Virus record (IMG/VR): IMGVR_UViG_3300018025_000004
Location: 1-61,807 of that record
DNA from: a virus
Length of the DNA: 61,807 nt
Reading direction: 5' to 3' (one strand)
A program made the position numbers and the translations under genes. Positions 55,391 through 61,807 of the stretch are shown in pieces. The notes beneath the pieces are model-generated. The model was not told where the DNA came from and did not search any database. It saw only the letters and a program-made list of their open reading frames with translations. Within the stretch, counting starts at the first letter, position 1, and the number at the start of each line of letters is the position of its first letter.

Positions 55391-56434
55391 TTACCTCCTG
55401 AACGTATCCCGGTAGAGCTTGGAGTAATCCATGAACGCCGGGGTGGCGTAGAGGGCCTCGTCTCGCTTGGTGGCGAACTGCCACGCAAGTGCCACGAACT
55501 CCGGGTCCATACGCTTGATATACGTGTGGATGGTCGTAGCGTTGGTCACAGTCATGTCGCCGGCCAGCGCCATGGTGACGGCGTAACGCATCGCCAGCTC
55601 CTCGTCTTTTGGGACCGGCGCAGTAGTCGGGTCTTTCATGATGCGAGGGATATAGTCCTTGAGCGTGGCCCACACATCCGCGAACGCATAGGCTTCGGCA
55701 GCCGGGCCATCGCCGATAGCGCCAGCCATTGCCGCCTGCTTCACCGCATCCGGCGCGTTCGCTTTCCAGAACTTCCACGCTTTCTCAGCGGTGCGCGGCG
55801 TGCTGACTGTCTTGATCGTGGGCTTCGACGGATCGAAGGTGTTCAACAGCTCCTTGCGAAACTGATAGAACGCCAATGCGATGGGCGGCAGCACGCCTTT
55901 CTGCTGCTGATAGTGGCACCAATCATCGACGGATACCACGACCTCGGCATGAACAAAGCGGTTGGCCAGCGGCAGGGGCTGCTTGTTGGTCACGCCCCTG
56001 TCGATCTCGCGGTTACCCGCCGCCACGATGCGCACGTTCTTGCGCAGACGATGCTCGCCAACACGACGGTCGTTCACGAGCTGGTATGCGACCGCAGCCG
56101 TGGCCGCCGACGCCGCGTTAATCTCATCGAGGAATAACCAGATGATCCCCTTATTGGAGAACGCCGGGTTACCGATGAACGGCAGCGTGGCCGGTGCGTA
56201 CCATGTGGTCAGGCTGGTCACTTCGTCCACGCCGGGGAAGCCGCGAAGGTCCACACTGTCGTACTGCGATAGGCGCACGTCAACGAGCACGGTGTCCTCC
56301 GTTTCGTCGGCGAGCTGCGCCATCAGCTCCGACTTGCCGACGCCGAATTGGCCCCAGAGCATGACGGGCTCGTTCTGTTCCAGAGCGACAAAACGAATAA
56401 AGGCTTTGGTTTCGGGGATCGTGAGGCTGTGCAT
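55391..56434 (-). CDS. AAA+ ATPase, MoxR/CobS-like
   Basis: Walker A GQFGVGKS and Walker B WLFLDEIN. SD AGGAG. Confidence 0.8.
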   Translation of the reverse strand: MHSLTIPETKAFIRFVALEQNEPVMLWGQFGVGKSELMAQLADETEDTVLVDVRLSQYDSVDLRGFPGVDEVTSLTTWYAPATLPFIGNPAFSNKGIIWLFLDEINAASAATAAVAYQLVNDRRVGEHRLRKNVRIVAAGNREIDRGVTNKQPLPLANRFVHAEVVVSVDDWCHYQQQKGVLPPIALAFYQFRKELLNTFDPSKPTIKTVSTPRTAEKAWKFWKANAPDAVKQAAMAGAIGDGPAAEAYAFADVWATLKDYIPRIMKDPTTAPVPKDEELAMRYAVTMALAGDMTVTNATTIHTYIKRMDPEFVALAWQFATKRDEALYATPAFMDYSKLYRDTFRR

Positions 56435-56460
56435 AATGTATTACTCCTGTTAAAGTGTGC

Positions 56461-56478
56461 GGCCCACATGTGTGGGCC
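56461..56478. promoter_or_regulatory. Perfect 18-bp palindrome GGCCCACATGTGTGGGCC
   Basis: Lies between the AAA+ gene start and a plus-strand ORF. The half-site TGTGGGCC resembles TTTGGGCC but is in everted orientation. Confidence 0.45.
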
Positions 56479-56497
56479 ATGTGAGAGGATAGTTACT

Positions 56498-56815
56498 ATG
56501 GTTGACGAACCGAATGTCGAAGTCGATGCGGCCGTGATCGAAATTACCATCCGGGTCGCTGGCGTCAATGGGCACCAGCCGCTGACGCCGCAGAACGCCG
56601 CCGCCGTGGGCGTTGACCCTGCGGCGGCTCAGCCGGGCAGCGCCTCGGCCAGCGACCAGACCACGGCCGCCGTGGGCGTTGACCCTGCGGCGGCTCAGCC
56701 GGGCAGCGCCTCGGCCAGCGACCAGACCACGGCCACCACGACCGTCCAGCCCAGCGCCGGCCAGAACGCCGCCCAGAACCCCGCCCAGAACCCCGCCCAG
56801 AACCCGGCGGTGTAG
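56498..56815 (+). CDS. Possible plus-strand repeat protein, 105 aa
   Basis: GAGAGGA 9 nt before the ATG. Two 66-bp repeats and three AQNP repeats. Its 3' 121 nt are antisense to the transposase-like ORF. The two frames share wobble positions, so codon bias cannot decide between them. Confidence 0.35.
   Translation: MVDEPNVEVDAAVIEITIRVAGVNGHQPLTPQNAAAVGVDPAAAQPGSASASDQTTAAVGVDPAAAQPGSASASDQTTATTTVQPSAGQNAAQNPAQNPAQNPAV
56600..56805. repeat. 66-bp tandem repeat x2 (56600-56731) and 12-bp GCCCAGAACCCC x3 (56769-56805)
   Basis: Exact nucleotide repeats. Confidence 0.9.
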
Positions 56816-57636
56816 AGGTGCAAGTCTTGACGGCTGACCTGATGGTGTGCGCCGTCAAGACTGCGCTTGCTATTGCCGAAAAAGCCCTCAACGGTGTTCG
56901 TCGTCACGTTTCGGCCAGAACGATAGTCGTAATAGCCATACTCATCGGCAGAATGGTTCACCGTCGAGTGTGATGCAAAATCCTTGCCCGCCTTGGTGTA
57001 GAGCGGGGACTCGTCGGTATTGAGGTGAGCCTCCTCCGACACATGATGCTTTAAAAGTGTGCTGATGGTTTTCCCGTTGACGCGCTCGGCAACCGTAGAC
57101 CGCACATCACCGCCACGTTGTACCAGAGACACCACAGCAATCTTGTTGCCGGTATAGCCACGCCCCTTACCCTTTGCCTTTCCGCCGATATAGGTTTCGT
57201 CGGCCTCGACCTCACCAGTCAGCAACCCGGCAGGATTCGCATCCTTGAGGGCGAACCGGATGCGGTGACAGAGAAAGAGCGCCGTGCGGTAGGAGCCAAG
57301 CTCAAGCTGGCGCTGCAACTGGAGCGCCGAAACCTGCGTCTTGCTGGCACACATCATATAGAACGCGATCAGCCACTTATTCAGCGGGATTTTCGACGCC
57401 TCCATGACGGTGCCGACGGTTACGGTGAAGGTGTCAGTGCATTCGCCACATTTGTAGAGGCCGGGCCGCGTGCCCGTCTTGGCGTTTGCGGAGCGCGCGT
57501 AAATTTTCTCGCAGCTGCCGCAGTGCGGGCAGACCGGGCCATTCGGCCAGCGCACACGCTCGAAATAGGCGCGCGCGGCCTCCTCGGTGGAGAACCGACG
57601 CATGATTTCCATAAGGGTTAGATCAGGATAGATCAT
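56695..57636 (-). mobile_element. IS1595/ISXO2-family transposase-like gene, C-terminus replaced; no IS ends identified
   Basis: Zn-ribbon CPHCGS..CGEC. DDE contexts EADETYIGG, LNTDES, TNTVEGFF. Family similarity stops after ..DLHLY and continues as GFWAGFWAGFW. Start at ATG 57636, behind AAAGAGAG. Confidence 0.7.
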
Positions 57637-57667
57637 TGTCTTACTCTCTTTAGTTGGGTCATGAATG

Positions 57668-57718
57668 TTTGGGACATTCTGGTTTGGGACACGAAAGTTT
57701 GGGACATGGTGTCCCAAG
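57668..57718. promoter_or_regulatory. Operator array: three direct TTTGGGACA half-sites at 15-bp spacing, the last forming a palindrome
   Basis: Half-sites start at 57668, 57683 and 57698. The dyad TTTGGGACATGGTGTCCCAAG spans 57698-57718, 32-82 nt upstream of the transposase-like start. Confidence 0.7.
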
Positions 57719-57820
57719 GTCTTACGCGGTGGCCGCGCATCGTGTCGAGACCACGTTGCAAGTCATGGAGAAGTCTCTTGAGTATGCTGTACCATACCAC
57801 ACCCTAGGGGTGATGTCAAG

Positions 57821-58132
57821 TCATACCCCCCTCCCACGCTCAGCCATTGCGCGTAATATAGGACCGTCAGGCATAGCGAAGCCCGCACTCGCTAAACAAG
57901 CGAGACACTCATGCAGTGAGGCGTCCCGCATCATCAGCGTAGAGACACCGAGTGTACGTGCTAAATGCCAGTGAGGCGCTTTATAGGCCAGACGCAACAC
58001 AACGATTGCATGTTGTGTCCGATTACCCGCACGCGTTGTCTCGCAACACTCAAATACGGTGATAGCCTCACCGGTGTGCGAACTACCGCACGCCCTCCAA
58101 AACTCTACGGTCTCAAAGACTTCCTTGGCCAT
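57821..58132 (-). CDS. Early hypothetical protein, 103 aa
   Basis: ATG 58132 behind AAAGGAGAAAGCG. The upstream extension in the ORF track is a translation of the leader module. Confidence 0.55.
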   Translation of the reverse strand: MAKEVFETVEFWRACGSSHTGEAITVFECCETTRAGNRTQHAIVVLRLAYKAPHWHLARTLGVSTLMMRDASLHECLACLASAGFAMPDGPILRAMAERGRGV

Positions 58133-58213
58133 CGCTTTCTCCTTTGTCACGTTCTCTTTTGTCACGTTCGCCAAACGCCCTTGGGCGTTATGGCTCGGTG
58201 ATGTTCGGTGATG
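58133..58213 (-). promoter_or_regulatory. Hairpin leader module (core 58174-58189) plus two GGTGATGTT(C) units
   Basis: GTCACGTTC.. x2, then CGCCAAACGCCCTTGGGCGTTATGGCTCGGTGATGTTCGGTGATGTT. Confidence 0.7.
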
Positions 58214-58288
58214 TTTGGGACCACGTATGGCCGGCTGCGTCGGTCATTCTGGTTTGGGACAGCATGTCCCGAACAATCATGTCCCAAA
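58214..58288. promoter_or_regulatory. 75-bp composite operator element, copy b
   Basis: Same order and orientation as copy a. The inner palindrome ATGGCCGGCTGCGTCGGTCAT (58227-58247) carries two G.T positions. The dyad lies at 58253-58273. Confidence 0.75.
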
Positions 58289-58326
58289 GATCGCGGCGTA
58301 GTAGTTACTTTCTATTTCCAGCGCGG

Positions 58327-58515
58327 TCATCGGTTGCGCTCGCGGTCAGCCTCAGACGCAGTGCGCGCACGCCGCACACGTTCCCGCCGTGTCAGTTCGG
58401 GGTGGTTATTGTTCAGGCTTGCGCAGACCGTAGGCGCGGTCAACGCTATCGACATGAGAGAGCGTACATTCGTGAGGGCGCGCAAGTCTCCCAACTCCAG
58501 CATGTAAGTCATCAT
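58327..58515 (-). CDS. Early small basic protein, 62 aa (tentative)
   Basis: ATGATG behind GGGAG. Arg-rich C-terminus. The alternative is a 49-codon ORF (58406..58555) that starts right after AAAGAGAGCG. Confidence 0.35.
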   Translation of the reverse strand: MMTYMLELGDLRALTNVRSLMSIALTAPTVCASLNNNHPELTRRERVRRARTASEADRERNR

Positions 58516-58555
58516 CCAAGCTCCCAATTGCAAGTGCTATCGTCTCAAAGCTCAT

Positions 58556-58675
58556 CGCTCTCTTTGATCACGTTCTCTTTTGTCACGTTCGCCAAACGCC
58601 CTTGGGCGTTATGGCTCGGTGATGTTCGGTGATGTTCGGTGATGTTCGGTGATGTTCGGGACACCATGTCCCAAA
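58556..58675 (-). promoter_or_regulatory. Hairpin leader module (core 58595-58610), four 10-bp GGTGATGTTC units and the operator TTCGGGACACCATGTCCCAAA (58655-58675)
   Basis: Exact repeat family. The operator abuts the stop codon of the 232-aa gene. Confidence 0.7.
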
Positions 58676-58677
58676 GG

Positions 58678-59376
58678 TTAGCCAAACAGCCGCGCGAGGA
58701 TCGAGGCGATGACCCCACGCTTGGGCTGCGCGTGCGCCCCACCCATCTCGCCATAGCCGGCCTTGAAGTTCTTGGCGGGGTGGGCGATGAAGTGATCTTG
58801 GATAGTGGGCGCGCGTGAGGGTGATACACCCTGCGCACCATAGGTGGTGAGGCCAAGCAACGAGGCGTTGGAGGCCTCGTTAAAGAACACGTCGGCCACG
58901 ACAGCCTTCTCTTTTTCATCCACGCCGGGGAAGCCGCACGTGTCATCGAGGGGCTGGTCATGGTTACGGTCATGGTTACGGTCAAGAAACTGAGCGTAGA
59001 TGGCCTTGGAAATCGCCATCATGGCCTGCTCGTGCTCAGCGTAGGCACGCTCGTGCCGCGCCAGCCGGGTCTGGAGGTCAGCCGCCGAGCCGGCAGGTAG
59101 GGAGACCCCATAGGCAGGCAGGGAGGGCTGGAGGGGCTCGCCCTCGTCAAACAGGAGCCAGTCCGCTCCGAGGCTCACGGCCAGCGCGATGCAGGCGTTC
59201 AGGTCGTGCTGGAGTAACTGCGATCCCTCATGGACGACCGCCACCATCCAGCCAGTTTCACCGTGCTGGTAGGTCTGCGGAACCGTCACGTCGTTGCAGT
59301 CCAGCGCCAGTTTGGTGAGCGGGGTCAGGTGGCGAGTGGATAGGGCGAGGATGCTCTCAAGGGGTGCGTTGGTCAT
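58678..59376 (-). CDS. Early protein, 232 aa
   Basis: ATG 59376 behind GTGACAAAAGAGAGAATAAAC. No family confirmed. Confidence 0.6.
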   Translation of the reverse strand: MTNAPLESILALSTRHLTPLTKLALDCNDVTVPQTYQHGETGWMVAVVHEGSQLLQHDLNACIALAVSLGADWLLFDEGEPLQPSLPAYGVSLPAGSAADLQTRLARHERAYAEHEQAMMAISKAIYAQFLDRNHDRNHDQPLDDTCGFPGVDEKEKAVVADVFFNEASNASLLGLTTYGAQGVSPSRAPTIQDHFIAHPAKNFKAGYGEMGGAHAQPKRGVIASILARLFG

Positions 59377-59609
59377 GTTTATTCTCTCTTTTGTCACGTT
59401 CTCTTTTGTCACGTTCTCTTTTGTCACGTTCGCCAAACGCCCTTGGGCGTTATGGCTCGGTGATGTTCGGTGATGTTCGGTGATGTTCGGTGATGTTCGG
59501 TGATGTTCTCTTTTGTCACGTTCGCCAAACGCCCTTGGGCGTTATGGCTCGGTGACGCGCGCAAGAGCGCAGGCCTGAGGCCGAGCACGAGCAAGCCACG
59601 AGGATGGGG
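59377..59609 (-). promoter_or_regulatory. Two tandem leader modules (cores 59436-59451, 59528-59543), GTCACGTTCTCTTTT x3, TGATGTTCGG x5 (59461-59508) and the 60-bp outer element (59551-59609)
   Basis: All are exact or near-exact copies of sequences at 58.1-58.7 kb, 60.4-60.7 kb and 1.35-1.47 kb. Confidence 0.75.
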
Positions 59610-59617
59610 CGCAGTAG

Positions 59618-60382
59618 TTATGGGCAGATTATATCGTCGTCGTCATCGTCAGCGTGGATAACCACACCCGAGAACTTCAAGGCTTTGGTTTGGGACGCCT
59701 TGTCCCAAAGCTCGAAGCGGGTCCAGCCGCCACCAGCCCCAAGGGCGGGCTCATGGCGTGGCCGCCAGAAGGCAGTGCCGAGGCCGTACTCGGTGTCGGT
59801 CTCCAGCAGGCGCAGCACATGGTCCTCGGGCTGCTCACCCATGTCGGCAAGGAAGTCTTTGAACTTGTGCCAACGTGGGTGCAGGTAACGCGGCGGGTTA
59901 AAGCGCCGGCTCTCGTCCGCGCCCATACACCGCATCTTGATGAATGTGTATGTGCGGTAAGTCTTGGTCTGGTTCTCGCCAGCGTGGCCGTGGCTCACGT
60001 TGCCATGCAGTGTCATGTCCATGTCAGCCGGCGTGAGTGCAGGTCGCGCTCTGCTTGCCTCAAGGCGGCGCTGCGCAGCGTGCAACACCGGAGGCTCATG
60101 TGTTACTGGCTCAACCAATGGCTGGAGCTTGCGACCGAAGGACGTGGCGCTATGCTCTTTGATCTGGTCAATCTTCACTCTGGAAGTTTCCAGCGCTGTT
60201 GTCCTTGCTTCACGTATTATGCGTTGGGCAGTTTCGCGCTGCTCTCGCTTTGCCTCATGGCGCGCAGCGATCTTGGCCGCGCCCTCGGGCGTATAGACAC
60301 GCGTCTTGTATGTCTTGCGTTTGGGTGGGTGACGTTTGGCGAACGTCCCGTCAGGCTGCTTGACCCAGATCGTCTCGGACAT
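59618..60382 (-). CDS. First early protein, 254 aa, with an RC-x-n-W..F..F..DMG-type putative DNA-binding domain and a poly-Asp tail
   Basis: KTYRTYTFIKMRCMG....RYLHPRWHKFKDFLADMGEQPEDHVL pattern. ATG 60382 behind GTGACAAGAGAGAGAGAGCG. Confidence 0.6.
   Translation of the reverse strand: MSETIWVKQPDGTFAKRHPPKRKTYKTRVYTPEGAAKIAARHEAKREQRETAQRIIREARTTALETSRVKIDQIKEHSATSFGRKLQPLVEPVTHEPPVLHAAQRRLEASRARPALTPADMDMTLHGNVSHGHAGENQTKTYRTYTFIKMRCMGADESRRFNPPRYLHPRWHKFKDFLADMGEQPEDHVLRLLETDTEYGLGTAFWRPRHEPALGAGGGWTRFELWDKASQTKALKFSGVVIHADDDDDDIICP
59689..59709. promoter_or_regulatory. Intragenic operator palindrome TTTGGGACGCCTTGTCCCAAA
   Basis: Lies inside the 254-aa CDS (codons L-W-D-K-A-S-Q-T). 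Confidence 0.6.
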
Positions 60383-60738
60383 GATGTTCGCTCTCTCTCT
60401 CTTGTCACGTTCGCCAAACGCCCTTGGGCGTTATGGCTCGGTGATGTTCGGGACACCATGTCCCAAAGGTTAGCCGAACGCCCTTGGGCGTTATGGCTCG
60501 GTGATGTTCGGTGATGTTCGCTCTTTTGTCACGTTCGCCAAACGCCCTTGGGCGTTATGGCTCGGTGATGTTCGGGACACGATTGTTCGGGACATGCTGT
60601 CCCAAACCAGAATGGCCGGCAGCGCCGGCCATACGTGGTCCCAAAGGTTAGCCGAACGCCCTTGGGCGTTATGGCTCGGTGATGCGCGCAAGAGCGCAGG
60701 CCTGAGGCCGAGCACGAGCAAGCCACGAGGATGTGGGG
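60383..60738 (-). promoter_or_regulatory. Array of four hairpin cores (60417, 60477, 60541, 60655), operator 60447-60467, inverted composite element c (60571-60645) and outer 60-bp element (60679-60738)
   Basis: Densest repeat cluster in the window. No ORF with a plausible start. Confidence 0.75.
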
Positions 60739-60815
60739 ACAGACCCCGACTTACCTATGTACTATACACCACCCCCAAGGCGTTGTCAAGGGGGTCACCC
60801 TCGTGGCTTGCGCGT

Positions 60816-60869
60816 GTCACTTACAGCCGGCGTCGTGGTGTGTGATTGGAAAAACCGTCGTGGTGTTTG
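60816..60869. repeat. Left arm of a 54-bp inverted repeat
   Basis: 48 of 54 positions match the reverse complement of 61681-61734. Confidence 0.85.
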
Positions 60870-61147
60870 TGTTTTGAAAATGTCCTCGCTACATAAGGAC
60901 TTAGACGTGCTCGTGATGGTTATGGTCGAGTGCTGTTTTATGTAGATGCGCACCCCCAAGTGGTTGCAATCACACACTAATTTTTTTACGAATTTACACT
61001 TGTGGTTACATATGGATTCGCAATGGTCGGGTCGCGGATTTCTGTAAGTGATTGAATTGATTTGGTTTATTCGGTTTATGGCAGAAATGTCCTCACTTTC
61101 AAGTATACACCCCCCTATAGGGCTTTTTTATGCGGGTCACACACACA

Positions 61148-61290
61148 CCACGACGTTAATTCTTTGTATCGTCCACGACGTTAATTCTTTGTATCGTCCA
61201 CGACGTTAATTCTTTGTATCGTCCACGACGTTAATTCTTTGTATCGTCCACGACGTTAATTCTTTGTATCGTCCACGACGTTAATTCTTT
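61148..61290 (+). repeat. 25-bp iteron CCACGACGTTAATTCTTTGTATCGT, 5.7 tandem copies
   Basis: Exact copies start at 61148, 61173, 61198, 61223 and 61248; a partial copy starts at 61273. Confidence 0.95.
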
Positions 61291-61308
61291 GGGACACGGT
61301 GGTCCAAA
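61288..61308. promoter_or_regulatory. Operator-like dyad TTTGGGACACGGTGGTCCAAA fused to the last iteron
   Basis: Matches the reverse complement of the 195-215 site apart from one position. The CGACGTTAATTC flank is in direct orientation at both sites. Confidence 0.6.
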
Positions 61309-61680
61309 CACGTATTACGAGCGTGGTGTGTGTTGATGGTTACGTTACCAGCAGCTTCTCACGTGGAAAAAAAAGCTGAATTACCCGACCAAAAGTGGAT
61401 TTTTTGCCAAAAACGCGTTGCCCCAGGTGGTTAAACAGCACGAACAACAAAATTTTGTATATCTCTCTCTCCCTAAAAGACTGATATATATATATATAAC
61501 AACTAATACGAACAGGATTTTTTGTTTTCCCCCAAAAACACTGGGGAAACCGCCTACATAGATAACCTGAAGTTTTGGTCGTGTTTTGTGTTTTTTATGT
61601 CCTTTTGGGGGGTCAAAAAACACGTTTTGGCGGCGTTACATAGGTAATTAAAATATCGCGCGTCGTGGACGTTGTGAAAT

Positions 61681-61734
61681 CAAACACCACGACAGTTTTT
61701 CCAATCACGTATTACGACGCCGGCTGTAAGTGAC
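61681..61734. repeat. Right arm of the 54-bp inverted repeat
   Basis: See 60816-60869. It overlaps the terminal 79-bp unit family. Confidence 0.85.
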
Positions 61735-61807
61735 TTAGCGCGGCTCGTCGTGGTGTGTGTATCCACCACGACAGTTTTTCCAATCACGTATTACGACGCC
61801 GGCTGTA
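61686..61807. repeat. Terminal 79-bp unit copies (partial 61686-61740, then 61741-61807 = nt 1-67)
   Basis: Exact identity with the left end of the window. Confidence 0.9.

Larger units (their letters stand above)
60870..61680. other. AT-rich non-coding island (candidate origin / end-processing region)
   Basis: Visibly lower GC than the flanks and no credible ORF. Contains the iteron array, (CT)5, (AT)7 at 61484-61498 and several short dyads. Confidence 0.6.

Noticed and set aside
58406-58555. A 49-codon ORF starting right after AAAGAGAGCG.
   Set aside because: It was not listed as the primary call because its third-position GC is low (~45%), compared with ~65% for the overlapping frame 58327..58515. 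It remains a live alternative.
58618-58657. Tandem GTTC motifs (GGTGATGTTC repeats, also at 59461-59508) as alphaproteobacterial LexA boxes.
   Set aside because: The known direct-repeat SOS box is GTTC-N7-GTTC. Here the spacing is N6 (10-bp period), and the units are part of the leader-module family.
59377-60738. CRISPR-like appearance of the regularly recurring hairpin repeats.
   Set aside because: Repeat spacing is irregular (61, 64, 114 bp). The 'spacers' are themselves repeated elements (operators, 10-bp units). Copies occur in both orientations on both arms. No cas genes are present.
61381-61623. An 80-codon ORF inside the AT-rich island.
   Set aside because: It has a GTG start without an SD and a low-complexity, Phe/Lys-rich product, and it spans the (AT)n and dyad repeats. 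It is more likely non-coding.
60816-61734. An invertible segment or MITE-like insertion defined by the 54-bp inverted repeats.
   Set aside because: No invertase or recombinase gene is present and no target-site duplication is visible. The repeat arms belong to the same CCACGAC repeat family as the genome ends, so an origin/terminus structure is more parsimonious.
1-61807. tRNA, tmRNA, rRNA, integrase, excisionase and CI/Cro-type repressor genes.
   Set aside because: I saw no cloverleaf-like sequence, no tyrosine/serine recombinase motifs and no classical repressor in any frame. This absence is judged by eye only and should be confirmed with tRNAscan-SE and profile searches.

Overview
This window looks like a complete, or nearly complete, ~61.7-kb genome of a GC-rich tailed dsDNA phage of a Gram-negative host. 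It does not look like a chromosomal segment. nt 1-67 are identical to nt 61741-61807, so the record is either terminally redundant or circularly closed.

Two gene arms diverge from an AT-rich, repeat-packed control region (60.8-61.8 kb joined to 0-1.8 kb).

(1) The rightward late arm (1.8-33.6 kb) carries terS, terL, portal, scaffold and major capsid. These are followed by small head/neck proteins, a 2100-aa virion giant, two tail-fibre paralogues and a 24-repeat fibre protein. Then come a holin/SAR-endolysin/two-component-spanin cassette and a second structural block that includes a SPRY-like 865-aa protein.

(2) The leftward early/middle arm (60.4 down to 33.8 kb) carries small early genes, an IS1595-like transposase gene and an AAA+/VWA/DUF3150-like cluster. 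It also carries ThyX-Dcd-MazG, family-A DNA polymerase, DnaQ-like and Cas4-like nucleases and a ParB-like protein. The remaining genes are a DUF2829 (Tad2-like) protein, VRR-NUC plus SNF2 helicase, an SSB-like protein and a prim-pol/SF3 helicase.

I could not recognise an integrase, CI-type repressor, tRNA, CRISPR array or phage RNA polymerase.

The most unusual content is regulatory:
- A 12-copy hairpin-containing leader module sits in front of the transcription units, and one copy shows a compensatory stem change.
- About 14 palindromes of the type TTTGGGAC-N5-GTCCCAAA, plus isolated half-sites, form an apparent regulon. Some sit inside coding sequence and some inside a 75-bp composite element present three times.
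- An iteron/AT-rich island is bracketed by 54-bp inverted repeats.

Family names are based on motifs read by eye and on memory of those families. None has been checked against a database.
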